DNA of 64,000 nt from an uncultured Microthrixaceae bacterium (GCA_963734965.1 CAVTJK010000004.1:1799241-1863240), one strand, 5' to 3'; shown: positions 16,433 to 28,792, numbered from the stretch's first letter. Numbers and translations: made by a program. The notes: a model not told the origin generated them from the letters alone.

Positions 16433-19400
16433 GCCGGCGCCGCCAGGCCAGCAACCAGGCTCCCCCGCTGATGAGCGCGGCTGCCACCAGCAGCAAGATG
16501 ACGATGTCGGCACCCGTCAGCGGCAGCGTGCCTTCGCCCTGGGTCGCGGTGCTCGGGCCCACGGCGACACCCGTCGTGGAGGGAGGCGCGGTCGGCGCGG
16601 CGGTCGTCGGCGGGGTCGTCGGGGGCGGGACGACGGCGGCGTCGGTCGACACAGCTCCCCGAGTTGTGGGCGTCGCAGTTGTACGAACCCCACTCGGGGT
16701 CGGCGGTCCCGGTCGTGTGCCACACGAGCAGATCGCCGTCCCGGCGCTGCTGGGCGACCTCGAGGTGGCCGTCGCCGTCCCAGTCCCCCACCGCCGGCGT
16801 GCCGATGCGTCCACCCACCGGTGAGCTTGGGCCAGCCCGCCGGCGAACGTCCCGGTCGCGTCGAAGGCGTCGAGGGTGTACAGGCCGTTGCCGGCGATCA
16901 CCTCGTTGTGACCGTCGCCGTCGAGGTCGGCGATGGCCGGCGCCACGAACAGGGCCAGGTCGGCCGTCGTCTGCGGCGACCCCGGCAGCTCGTTGCCGGT
17001 GGCGCCGTCCCAGGTCGAGAGCTGGTCGTCGTTGGGCAGCTGGAGGTCGGGCGCGAGCAGGTCGATGAAGCGGGTCAGCCCGGCGGTGTTGGCCGCGATC
17101 TCCTTGGTGCCACCGCCCTGGAGCTCGCCGATCGTCGGACCCGAGAGCCCGATGAGCGAGGCCACGATGTCGTTCGAGTTGCGATCGGCGCCGAAGCGGC
17201 CGCGTTCTGCAGCGCGAGCCCGCCCGCCCACGCCACGGGGATGTCGCCCGCCGGCGGTCGTCGCCGTAGACGCTGTGACCGTGCGCGTCGAGCACGTAGA
17301 GGGTTCCGGCCGACGAGGCGGCCACGATCTCGGGGCCCGGGTGGGTGGGGTCGACATCGCCGACCGACCGCGGGCATGGCCACGCCGTCACCGATCGTCG
17401 GCAGCAACGACGGTGGCCAGCTGGCTGAGCTTGGCCGGCCAGCCCGGGAGGTAGGCCTGGGCGTCGGGGTTGGCCGACGACGTTGGGGTTGCGGGCATCG
17501 GTGCCCTCAGGCGAGATCACGTACAGCCGCGAGTTGCCGGGCGTGCCGGCCGCGCCGAGCAGGCCGAGCACGTCGGCGCCGTCGCCGATGTTCGGGCGGC
17601 TCGACGTACTGCTCCTGCGCCCCCGACGACGATCTCGGGTCGGCCGTCGCCGTTGACGTCGGCCACCGTCGGCGTGGCGATGAGCTCACCGCCTTCCCGC
17701 ACCCCCGAACCCGGCGCGAAGGTCACCTCGTTGCTGACCGGATCGACCGGCGACACCTTGGTCGGGTCGACGAGCAGCACGGGGAAGCCGGCCACCGGCG
17801 AGCCGTCGGCGTGCCAGGCGTAGACGTGGCGGTCCATGGCGCGCGGCCACGATCTCGAGCGTGCCGTCGCCGTCGAGGTCGCCGAGCGACGGCGAGCTGG
17901 CGAACGCAGGCTTGGTCCGGTTGAACTCGTTCTGGTCGCTCGGGTTGTCGCGCGAGTACGCCGGGTTCACCGCCATGGTCGCCAGCCGTTGCGCCGGTGG
18001 CCGACCACACGTACGACCTTGCCGTCGAGGTCGGTGTCGACGATCTCGAGGTGGCCGTCGTGGTCGAGGTCGCCGACGGCGGGCGCACCCACTCCGAAGG
18101 CGCCGCGGTGGACGGGGATGTGATCGGCCTGCGCGGTCGGCGAGCTCGGCGTTCCACCAGGGCGACACGTCAGCCAGGAGGGGGAAGCCCGGGCAGCTCG
18201 CTCATGTCGGAGCGGTAGGCGTGGATCTCGCCGTCGGCCGTCGCCAGCAGCAGCTCCTGGTGACCGTCGCCGAGGAGGTCGACGAAGCGCGGGCTCGACG
18301 TGCTGACCCCGGCGATCTTCATCGGCGAGCCCGGCGACGAGATCGGGGTCGTCGTGGACGAACACCTGCTTCTGCATCTCGCCCGTCTGATCCGTCGTCC
18401 GTCGCCGCCGTGCGGCGGTGACGACGACGCGGATGCGCACCGAGAACTTCTCCTCGTCGGGGCGGTTCTGGTTCGTCGGGTCGACGGGGGCGCCGTGGCC
18501 CGTCGATCGGGCAGGCGAGGCCGCGATCGAGGCCAGGTCGAGGGTGGCCAGCGTCCCCGACGCCGGGCGCGGTCAAGCCCGGTGCCCGAGCCGGCCACGG
18601 TCCAGTGGTCGGTCGCCGGGTAGAGCGGCGGCTGCGAGGCCGGGCGCCCACTCGACCCGGTAGTCGTAGGAGTCGAGCCCGCGGCGCGGCCACGCGCCCG
18701 GTGACGGCGGCCGTGCCCGTGGTGGGCAGCACGTCGAACCAGGCCGGCGCGTCGATCATGGCCTCGGGCGGGATGCGCCCGTCGCGCACGCGCCTTGAGC
18801 ATCTCGTACGCGTTGACCCGGCCGTAGCCGAACGTGCGCGTCCCAGCCCGTCGTGGTCGGGTAGCGCACGGTGTCGAGGATCGGGTTGCCGTTCGGCGTG
18901 CCGAAGTTGTTGGCCGGGTCGACGGCGTTGGGGGTCGAGAAGTCGATGTCGTCGGCGGTCGAGCGCGCACGATCTGCATGGCCTCGTCGGCCGAGAGCAC
19001 GTTGTCGCCGGGCTGCCACGACGTCAGAGCCGGGTTCGGCGCGATGCCGAGCTGGCGGGCGTAGCTCTCGATCAGCCCGACCATGCCCGCCGACTCGCCC
19101 GTCGCCTCGGACGAGCAACTGCTCGACGGGACGCTCACGAAGGTGTGGCCGCCGAAGTTGGTGCAGCCGTTGAGCGCCAGGTAGCCCGTCGATCGTGCCT
19201 CCGCCGAGCGGGTTGCTGGTCAAGGTCGTCACCGAGTTCACGTCCATCGTGTGCTCGAGCGACGCCGGCAGGTTCGGGTGCTTCGACGCCTCGTCGGCCA
19301 TCGACGCCACGACGACCACGCCGCGGTGGTAGGCGGCGTCGATGGCCTCCTGGGCCTGGCGAGGGTCGTTGAGCGCGCCGAGCGCCTCCTGGATGACGTC

Positions 19401-20259
19401 GGCACCCGAGTCGAGGCCGAACAGCACGCCGGCCGCGAAGCGACCGCCGTCGGCGATGAACGAGTCGCCGACCCGCACCGGGATGAACAGGCAGCTCGGA
19501 CAGGTCCCCACGATCCCGGTGCCGTTGGCGGCCGCGCGTCGAGTCCTTGGCCTCGCCGGTGCCGTGGCCGTAGTCGACGGTGTCGAGCGGGTCGTTGTCG
19601 CCGTAGAGGAAGTCCCAGCCGGAGATGTCGTCGACGTAGCCGTCGTGGTCGTCGTCGGTGCCGTTCGAATAGGTCGGGTTGAGGATGAGGTCCTCGGGGT
19701 CGGCCACGCCGTTGCCGTTGAGGTCGGGGATGGGCGCCGAAGTCGGTGATGTTGAACACGCCGTCGTGGTTGCAGTCACCGTCGGCGACCGCCGGCCAGC
19801 AGGGCGGCTTGCGCCTCGCCGAGGTTGATGTAGGCCTTGGTGGCCAGGTCGGCCATCGAGCCGGGATCGCGCCAGCCGATGCCCGAGTCGAGGATGGCGA
19901 TGCGCACCGACGGGGCTGCCCTCGCGACAACCCCCAGGCCAGGTCGACGGCCGCGCCCTTCTGGCCGCACTGGTTCTGCGGTGAGTCGACCAGCGCCGGA
20001 CTGGGATCGCGCAGCGAGGTGCGCTTGTAGTCGTTGCGGTCGAACTCGGCCGGCAGCGAGGCCGGCTCGTCGGCCGGGCCGTAGCGCCAGTTGGTGCAGT
20101 CGAGCGGCGTCGGCCGGGACCCGCGCGGGCGGCCGACGACACCGGTCGGGCGAGCGGGGGCTGGATGCGGAACCCGCTCGCGGACCAGCACCCGCCGGTG
20201 AGCGCGACCACCACGAAGAGCGCCGTCACGAAGCCGTTCACGACGCTGGGCCAATCCAT
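16416..20259 (-). CDS. Large secreted S8 (subtilisin-like) serine peptidase with multiple FG-GAP/VCBS-type repeats, a Pro/Thr linker and a C-terminal LPXTG sortase anchor; heavily frame-disrupted
   Basis: The N-terminal signal-like peptide is MDWPSVVNGFVTALFVVVALTGG (ATG at 20259). The catalytic triad contexts are VRIAILDSGI (Asp), DTVDYGHGTGEA (His) and SSCSSEATGESAGMVGLIESY (Ser). Repeats include LGDLDGDGTLEIV, VADVNGDGRPEIVVG, VGDLDHDGHLEIV, IADLDGDGHNEVIAG and VGDWDGDGHLEVA. The C-terminus is [55 protein letters not shown]. The fragments are spread over at least 10 listed ORFs. Confidence 0.8.
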
Positions 20260-20371
20260 TCCCCCGAGCTCGACGGCGCGGCTGGCCGCGCGCCGACGGG
20301 GCCGACGCTACTGCCTGGCGTCGGAGGGAGGCGATTGGGTCGGCGTCGACGTCCGCCCGTACCCTCGCGCC

Positions 20372-21320
20372 GTGCGCCTCCCCCGCCTCTCGGCCGCGCA
20401 GTACCGCCGCATCACCCTGGTCGTGGTGCTGGCGGTGTGCGCCATCATCGTCACCGGAGCCGCGGTGCGCCTGACCGACTCGGGCCTCGGCTGCTCGGAC
20501 TGGCCGAACTGCACGCGCAACCACTTCGTGGCCAAGGCCTCAGTTCCACCCGCAGGTCGAGTTCACTCAACCGCGATCTTCACCGGCGCTCGTCTCGGTG
20601 GCGGTGATCATCGCCGTGCTCGGCTCGGTCGCCCGCCGGTCCGCGCCGGCGCGACCTGATCTGGTGGTCGCTCGGCTCGTGGCCGGTCTGGTCGGCGACG
20701 ATCGTGCTCGGCGGCATCGTGGTGCTGTCCCACCTGTGGCCCCCCTTCGTGATGGCCCACTTCCTGCTGTCGTGCGCTCATCGTCTGGAACGCCGTCGTG
20801 CTCCACGATCGGGCCGGCCACTCCGACACGCCCGGGGTCGCTGACCGTGTCGCCGGGCCAGCGCAACCTGGCCCGCGTCCATGGTCGGCGGCGGCCGGCG
20901 CCGTGCTGGTCACCGGCACGATCGTGACCGGCACCGGACCCCACGGCGGCGATCAGCACGTCAAGCGGCTGCCGTTCCTCGTCGAGGACGTGGCCCGCAT
21001 CCACAGCCTCACCGCCTGGGCGCTTCCTCGCCCTGACCGTCGTCGTCGCTGGTGGTGCTGGCACCGCACCGGCGCCAGCCGCGGTGACCGAGCGCCGCGG
21101 CTCGGAGCTGATCGCCCTGATCGTGGCCCAGGGCGCGCTCGGTTACACCCAGTACTTCCTCGGCGTCCCGCCGGCGCTGGTGCTGCTGCACGTCACCGGG
21201 GCAGTGGCGGTGTGGGTGACGCGCTGCGCTTCTACCTCGGCCTGTTCGCCCACCCCGAGGCCGAGCCCGCTCGAGTCGAGCGCGAGCCCGTGGGCCGGTC
21301 CCGCGGTCGAGCCGGACGTG
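20372..21320 (+). CDS. ctaA: Heme A synthase (COX15/CtaA); frame-disrupted, 3' end not resolvable
   Basis: The GTG at 20372 opens [47 protein letters not shown]. Later fragments are [37 protein letters not shown] and [34 protein letters not shown]. No in-frame stop defines the end. Confidence 0.8.
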
Positions 21321-21371
21321 AACGCAACGAGGGGATACGACACGGTCCCGCCGATGGGCGACAATGGTCTG

Positions 21372-21678
21372 ATGCAGGCGGCCGCGCCGATGCCGAGTCC
21401 CGTCGAGGTCGACGAGCCCATCCGACGACACCGACCTCGACCTCGATCGTCCGTGGGTCGTGCATCGTGTGGAACGACCCCATCAACCTCATGGACTACG
21501 TCACCTTCGTCTTCCAGAAGCTCTTCGGCTACAGCCTCGAGAAGGCGCAGCAGCCTGATGCTCGACGTCCACGAGAAGGGTCGGGCCAGCGTGTCGACCG
21601 GCGTCGCGCGAGAAGGCCGAGTTCGACGTGTTCCGCCTCCACGAGCATGGCCTGTGGGCCACCATGCAGCAGGACTGA
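21372..21678 (+). CDS. clpS: ATP-dependent Clp protease adaptor ClpS; frame-disrupted at least 3 times
   Basis: The core [30 protein letters not shown] is followed by [13 protein letters not shown] (second frame) and [22 protein letters not shown] with a stop at 21676..21678 (third frame). Confidence 0.85.
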
Positions 21679-21684
21679 GCGCCC

Positions 21685-22172
21685 ATGCCTCGAGGGTTCA
21701 GCTTGGCCGGGCGCATGGGCTGGCTGCCGCTGGTCGAGACGGTGCCCGGTGGCTACCGGGTCAACCTCGGTCGGGCCGAGCAACGCGTCGTCATGGAGTG
21801 CCTCGACGAGCTGCGCGTGATGCTGGCCAACCAGGATCCGGCCACTCGCCGGCTGTTCCCGACGGCGTACGTGACCGACCCCGAGCTCGACGCCGAGTAC
21901 CAGCAGCTGGTCGGCGACGACCTGCTGACCGGTCAGCTCGAAGCCCTCGACATCGTGGAGCGCACGATCGACGGCCAGATCGTCGACCGCGGCGAGCTCG
22001 AGGCGTGGATGCGGGCGGTCAACGGGGTCCGCCTCGCTCTCGGCACCCGCTCGACGTGGGCGAGGAGGAAGCGGTCGAGATCGACCCCGACGATCCCAAC
22101 GCCCACCTGATGTTCGTCTATCAGGTGCTGACCGTCATCCTCGGCGCCGTCGTCCAGGCCCTGACCGGCTAG
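21685..22172 (+). CDS. DUF2017-family protein (conserved clpS neighbour in Actinobacteria); one frame break near 22050
   Basis: ORF 21685..22110 (..[44 protein letters not shown]) continues in the frame of ORF 21084..22172 ([38 protein letters not shown]). Confidence 0.7.
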
Positions 22173-22246
22173 GCCCGTCGACAGTCCGGCGGGCCGGGTT
22201 CGCCATCCGCGACATGGCGATCAGCAGCTGCGCTCCGCTGCCCGCG

Positions 22247-24282
22247 TCAGTGGCAGGCGGCGACGGCGGCGGAGACGGCGGCGGGATCGTCCTTCTCGGC
22301 GGTCGCGCTCTTGCCGGTGATGTCGTCGATCGACAGTCGGGCGATGGTGCCGTTGCTCACGCACTCGGCGACCGAGTCGGGGAAGTGGGCTTTGGCCATC
22401 TCCTCGGCGATCTCGATGCGAGCCTCGATCACTCCCAGGGCGTCGGTCGAGTGATCGGTCCCCGTGAGCTTCACCGACTTGCCAGGATCGCACGTGATCA
22501 GCTCGATGGTGTCGTTGCCGGAGTTGGTGATGGCCGCATCGGTGCTCGGCCCCGCCGCCTTCCACTTCTCGAGCAACGTCTCGACGGTGGTGGCGCCACC
22601 GGCGCTGGTCGCCTTGTAGCGCAAGGCGACAGCAGACCCGGCCTGACTTCTCCTTGTAGGTCAGGGTGGTGTCGGCCGACCAGTTGTCGACCACCTTGAT
22701 GGCGTCGTGGATGTCGAGGCGGCGGGCCAGCATCAGGTACCAGCTCATCGCCCCGAACGTCGCGTCGCCGTTCTCGACTCGCGTCTGGCCCGCCTGCAGC
22801 TTGACCGGGGCCAAGGTCGTCGTGGGCGTCGGCGACGAGGGCTGCGCCAGATAGGTGAAGATGTCCATCAGCGCCGCCGTGGTGGCCGGCGGGTGCTGGA
22901 TGGCCTGGTTGATGGCCTCGTTGCCGCCGCGAGTCTTCAACAGGTCGACGAAGGCGGGGCCGACGATGTAGGGCTCGGCCTGCTGGGCGACGAGGACGTC
23001 GGGGATGCCCGAGTAGGCCTGGTCCGATCCCTGGTCCTCGGCCTTGTGGTACGTGTCCTGATCGGCCGTCGACATCGTCTCGGCGTAGGCGTTCTGCACG
23101 ACGACGGCGTCGCCTTCGACGACGGTGCGGAAGGCCAGCTGGCGGATCGTCCTTGAGCGAGTCCTCGCGGTGGAGATCGAAGTACTGGTCCTGCAGCGCG
23201 TGGGTCAGCTCGTGGGCCAGCGTCACTCGCACGTCGGGGGTCAGCTCCGTGCCCTTGACCCTGACCTTCTGGTCCTTCGGGTTGTAGTAGGCGAGGATCC
23301 CGCCTGAGTTGAGGTCGTTCTCCTGCTTGAACAGGTCGACCTTGCCGTCGATCAGACCGATGGCGCGCAGGCTGGCTTCGGAGCTCTCGATCTCGGCCTT
23401 GTCCTTGGCCGAAAGCGAGTCCGAGGACGTGGTGACCGTCTTGTTGAACTCCTTGGCCGGCAGGTACAGGACCTCGACCGGATGCTTGAAGGTGAGCCCG
23501 CGCTCGTGCTCGTCGAAGTGGACGATGGGCAGGATGCGGCTGTCCCACTGCTTGGGATAGGCGGTGGCCTTGTCCCGGGTGCCGACGAAGGTCACGACGG
23601 TGGCGCCGATGAGCACCACGGCGATGATGGCCAGCCCGATGATCAGGCCCTTCGTGCGACGTGGCGCCGGCGGCACCGGGTAGCCCGGAGGCGGTCCTTG
23701 GCCGGGGCCGTACCAGCCCGGAGGTGGCGATCCCGGAGGACCCGAGGGCCACGCCGTCCCGCCCGGAGCGGGCGGCGGGGTCCACGCCGATGGGCCCGCG
23801 GGCGCGGTCGACGTCGGCCACGTCGTCGGCGCCGCCGGTGGGGGTGATCCCCACGCGCCCGGCGGAGCCGGAGTCGTCGGGGGCTGACCGGGGACCGACC
23901 ACGACGCCGGGGCGCCGGACGGAGCGGGTGGCGCCGAGGTGGGGGCGCCGGGCGCAACCGGAGGCGGAGGTGGCGGCGGGGGCGACGGCGGAACGGCAGC
24001 CGGCGGCCCAGGCGGGCGAGGGTCCTGGGTGGGGGTCGGCCACACCGGAGGGGCCACATTGGTCACCGGCGCCGGCGCCGGGGCCGGCGTGGGCCAGGCC
24101 GGAGCCGGCGCGGAGTGCGGTGCCACCGGGGGCGCAACGGCGCCGACGGGCGGAGGAGCGACCGCGGGAGGTGTGGGCGCGGTCTTCGGCGTGGGAGTGG
24201 ACTCAGCGGGCGCTGACGAGGGCTCCTCGCCGTCATCGGGGGCCGGAGTCGGGATGGCGCCCCAGGGCGGGATCTCGGTCAT
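22247..24282 (-). CDS. Proline-rich, single-pass membrane protein with an extracytoplasmic HExxH metallopeptidase-like domain; two frame breaks
   Basis: ORF 22498..24282 encodes about 210 aa of Pro-rich low complexity, the TM segment GLIIGLAIIAVVLIGATVVTFV, and then VTLAHELTHALQDQYFDL. The protein continues in ORF 22221..23099 (VVQNAYAETMS..) and in ORF 22247..22624 (ending ..AVAACH). Confidence 0.65.
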
Positions 24283-24462
24283 GGTGGTTTCCGATCATAT
24301 GGCTGGGGGTGCGAAAGAAGGGGTAAGGCCGAAGCGGTCAGATGCCCGGCGGGGCGCGGGATCCTGGGTCACATCGAGAGGGTTCCCCGTCCGCCGCGAC
24401 GGGGAACCTCGTCGGGCTCGACGGCGGGGCTCTGGTATCGTGGGAGGCCCCTCGGGAAGCGA

Positions 24463-24538
24463 GCCCCCATCGTCCAGTGGCCCAGGACGCCGCCCTTTCA
24501 AGGCGGTAACACGGGTTCGAATCCCGTTGGGGGTGCCA
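24463..24538 (+). tRNA. tRNA-Glu (anticodon TTC), CCA encoded
   Basis: A 76-nt cloverleaf was folded by hand: acceptor GCCCCCA/TGGGGGT (G1:U72), anticodon arm CCGCC-CTTTCAA-GGCGG, T arm ACGGG-TTCGAAT-CCCGT. Confidence 0.85.
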
Positions 24539-24822
24539 CACCGTCTCGGCGGATCACCCGGATGATGGAGGCGGCGGAGCCCCGGCCGGCGACCTGATGA
24601 GGAGTTCGCTCGACTGGTGGAGGACATCGCTCGGTCTCTATCGTCTGGCGCCGATGACGCCTTGACCACGTTTGGGCGGGACCACTGCCCGTGCGGGTGG
24701 CCGCCACGGCCGGGAGATACTTGGCGTCGGACGGGCGGGCTCGTGTAGCGTGCCCTCCGCCCCTGGGCTCCGCTCGCCTCGAGAGGCCGGCTCGGGGGTG
24801 CATGACCTCGAGCACGTTGCGA

Positions 24823-24900
24823 GGTCCCGTGGTGCAGTTTGGAGTGCACGCCGGCCTGTCAAGCCGGAGGTCGCGGGTTCAAATCCCGTCGGGACCGCCA
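24823..24900 (+). tRNA. tRNA-Asp (anticodon GTC), CCA encoded
   Basis: Acceptor GGTCCCG/CGGGACC, anticodon arm CCGGC-CTGTCAA-GCCGG, T arm GCGGG-TTCAAAT-CCCGT. Confidence 0.88.
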
Positions 24901-24952
24901 CCCGCGCCGCTGGCCGGCCGGGTCCAGACGGCTGGCCGCGGGCCGGCCGCCC

Positions 24953-25028
24953 GGTCGGGTAGCTCAGTTGGCAGAGCGTCCGCCTGAAAAGCGGAAGGTC
25001 ACCGGATCGACGCCGGTCCCGACCACCA
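24953..25028 (+). tRNA. tRNA-Phe (anticodon GAA), CCA encoded
   Basis: Acceptor GGTCGGG/CCCGACC, D arm GCTC-AGTTGGCA-GAGC, anticodon arm TCCGC-CTGAAAA-GCGGA, T arm ACCGG-ATCGACG-CCGGT. The T-loop is atypical. Confidence 0.85.
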
Positions 25029-25280
25029 GCGAAACCCCTGCCGAGCAGGGGTTTCGGCGCGTCTGAGGCCCGCTCTCCGCCCTCGGAACTGCGGTGGCTC
25101 CGCCGCGAAGATCCGTCGCGGCGGCAGATGACCACCCGGGAGGTGGCGAGCTGCCGCCGATCGATCAGGGGCGTTGGGTCGAACGTCCCGAATCGGGGCA
25201 ATGAGTCAAGACCGGGCCGTTCGAGGCCGACGCCGGTGGGGTCGAAGCGACGCATCGGACCCGAGGAGCCAGTTCACCTA

Positions 25281-26594
25281 GTGGAATTTCCCAGCCGCGA
25301 GACCCCGCACACCATCCAGGATCTGCGCATACCGGCCACCGTCGTCGAGGACCTCGTGCTCCGGCGGGCTCTGCTCGACGGTCGCACGTCGACCTTGCGC
25401 CTGGCCGAGAGCCTGGCCCTGAGCGTGTCGTTGATGGAACGGGTCCTGGAGGACCTGCGCGACCTGCGCCTCATCGAGGTGGCCAGCTCGGAGGGTCGCA
25501 ACCTCATGCTCACGCTGTCAGACCTCGGCAAGACGCAGGCCAACGAGCGGATGCAGCTCTGCCGGTATGTCGGCCCCGTCCCGGTCAGCCTGCACGACTA
25601 CACGAACGTCGTCGTCGGCCAGGCCGCCCGCCCGTCGATCGACAAGGCCGGTCTCCAGGAAGCCTTCTCGGACCTGGTGATCGACGAGGCCCTGCTGGCC
25701 GAGCTGGGTCCGGCCATCCGCTCGAAGGGCGCCATCTTCCTCTACGGACCCCCCGGCACCGGCAAGACCTCGATCGCCGAGCGACTGGTGCGCGTGGACC
25801 ACGACGCCGTGCTCGTCCCCCACGCGGTGCAGGTCGACGGTCAGATCATCACCGTCTTTGACCCCGGCGTGCACGTGCCCCTCGATCCCCAGCCCGAGCG
25901 CCTCGACCCGCGCTGGATGGCGTGTCGGCGGCCGTCGATCATCGCCGGCGGCGAGCTCACGGCGTCGGCGCTCGAGCTCACCCTCGAGAACAGCACCGGC
26001 ATCTACCTGGCGCCGCTGCAGATGCAGGCCAACAACGGTGTCCTGGTCATCGACGACTTCGGCCGCCAGCTGGTCACGCCCGAACAGCTGCTCAACCGGT
26101 GGATCGTCCCCCTCGACCGCGGCATCGACTACCTCTCGCTGTCGTACGGCTTCAAGTTCACGATCCCGTGCATCCCCAAGATCGTCTTCTCGACCAACCT
26201 CGAACCGCAGGCGCTGGGCGACGAAGCCTTCTTCCGTCGCATCAAGAGCAAGGTGCTCATCCCGGCGATCGGCGACGATCAGTTCGACGAAGTGCTGCGA
26301 ATCGTCGCCGAGCACCGCGACGTCTCGGTGGCCGTCGGCGCGGCCGAGTACCTGAGGTGGGTGTCGCGCGAGCGGGGCGACGGGGATCTGCGTCCCTACC
26401 TACCGACCAGCGTGTGTGACATCGTCGAATCGATCTGCGACTACGAGGGCATCCCCCGCGTGCTCGATCGGGCCATGGTCGACCGCGTGGCCACGCTGTA
26501 CTTCACCCACAACAAGGCCATGACGGGCGCTGTCGATCTCGACGACGATCTCGACTCGTACGTGCCCGGGACCTTGGCCGTCTCGGTGTTCTGA
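25281..26594 (+). CDS. AAA+ ATPase with an N-terminal winged-helix-like domain; function unknown (ORF opens at 25128, GTG at 25281 preferred)
   Basis: Intact ORF with Walker A (IFLYGPPGTGKTSIAERL) and Walker B (GVLVIDDFGRQ). It also carries LLNRWIVPLDRGIDYLSL and IVFSTNLEP..DEAFFRRI. The first 51 aa of the listed ORF are Arg-rich and look non-coding. Confidence 0.75.
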   Translation: MEFPSRETPHTIQDLRIPATVVEDLVLRRALLDGRTSTLRLAESLALSVSLMERVLEDLRDLRLIEVASSEGRNLMLTLSDLGKTQANERMQLCRYVGPVPVSLHDYTNVVVGQAARPSIDKAGLQEAFSDLVIDEALLAELGPAIRSKGAIFLYGPPGTGKTSIAERLVRVDHDAVLVPHAVQVDGQIITVFDPGVHVPLDPQPERLDPRWMACRRPSIIAGGELTASALELTLENSTGIYLAPLQMQANNGVLVIDDFGRQLVTPEQLLNRWIVPLDRGIDYLSLSYGFKFTIPCIPKIVFSTNLEPQALGDEAFFRRIKSKVLIPAIGDDQFDEVLRIVAEHRDVSVAVGAAEYLRWVSRERGDGDLRPYLPTSVCDIVESICDYEGIPRVLDRAMVDRVATLYFTHNKAMTGAVDLDDDLDSYVPGTLAVSVF

Positions 26595-26612
26595 GGCGCC
26601 CGACCAGCGGGC

Positions 26613-27364
26613 TCAACCGAGACCGAGGACGCTGAGCAGGTCGCGGTAGTCGTCGATCACGTGGTTGGCCTCGGGATGGTCCTCGGCATCGTCGGCCGGA
26701 CCCGAGTCGTCGTTGGCCCCCCGGTAGCGCACGGCCGTCATCCCCATGGCCTGGGACCCGGCCACATCGGTGCGGCGCAGATCGCCGACATGGGCCGCTC
26801 GCTCGGGCGCCACGTCGCCGAGACCGGCCAGCGCGTGGCGGAAGATCTCGGGCGCCGGTTTGTAGTAGCCGACCTCATCCGAGAACGACCAGTGATGGAA
26901 CAGGCGCAGCACGCCGTGGTCGGCGAGCCAGCCGCGCAGGACCGGTGACGGCGTCATCCCGACGTCGCAGATGATGCCGAGCTTGATCCCCCGATCGTGC
27001 AACTCGGACAGGGCACCGGCGACGTGGTCGGTGAGGTCCATGTGGAGGTCGGCCGCCGCGTTCTCGTAGGCGTCGATGGCGGCGGCGCGCTGGTCGGGAT
27101 CGAGCTCGAGGTCGAGGAGGGTCAGCACATGGGCGCCGCCGTCGGTCGCCAGGAACTGCTGGTTGGCGCGCCAGTGGTCGGAGTAGACCGCGAACGTCTG
27201 GCGGAAGGCGTCATCGAGCACCACCGCCTCGACGGCGTGGCCGAAGCCCCCGAGCACGGCGATCAGCTTGGCCCGCCGGGCGTTCAGCGTCTCCTTGTCG
27301 TCAGTGCGGACGAGGGTGTTCCAGAAGTCGAAGGTGACGGCTTCGATGCCCGATGCCGGGGGGC

Positions 27365-27368
<4 letters not shown>
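26613..27368 (-). CDS. HAD-superfamily hydrolase
   Basis: Read from the ATG at 27368 (MSPPASGIEAVTFDFWNTLV), which gives the DxD-type motif I (FDFWNT). Motif III/IV is YYKPAP..AAHVGDLRRTDVAG. The start overlaps the malic enzyme stop (ATGA). Confidence 0.8.
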
Positions 27369-28783
<1,415 letters not shown>

Positions 28784-28792
28784 AGGTGCCCG

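Noticed and set aside
23640-24282. Repetitive CCG/GGC-rich DNA that might be a tandem repeat array or CRISPR-like structure
   Set aside because: It has no regular repeat-spacer periodicity. It is in-frame Pro/Ala-rich coding sequence of the HExxH membrane protein N-terminus.
24295-25255. ORFs overlapping the tRNA cluster (24295..24849(-), 24638..25255(-), 24672..24987(+) and others)
   Set aside because: They overlap three well-folded tRNA genes and have non-protein-like composition.
24463-26594. A genomic island or integrated mobile element next to the tRNA genes
   Set aside because: No integrase, transposase, direct repeat of a tRNA 3' end or phage gene could be found. Only a single AAA+ ATPase gene lies there.
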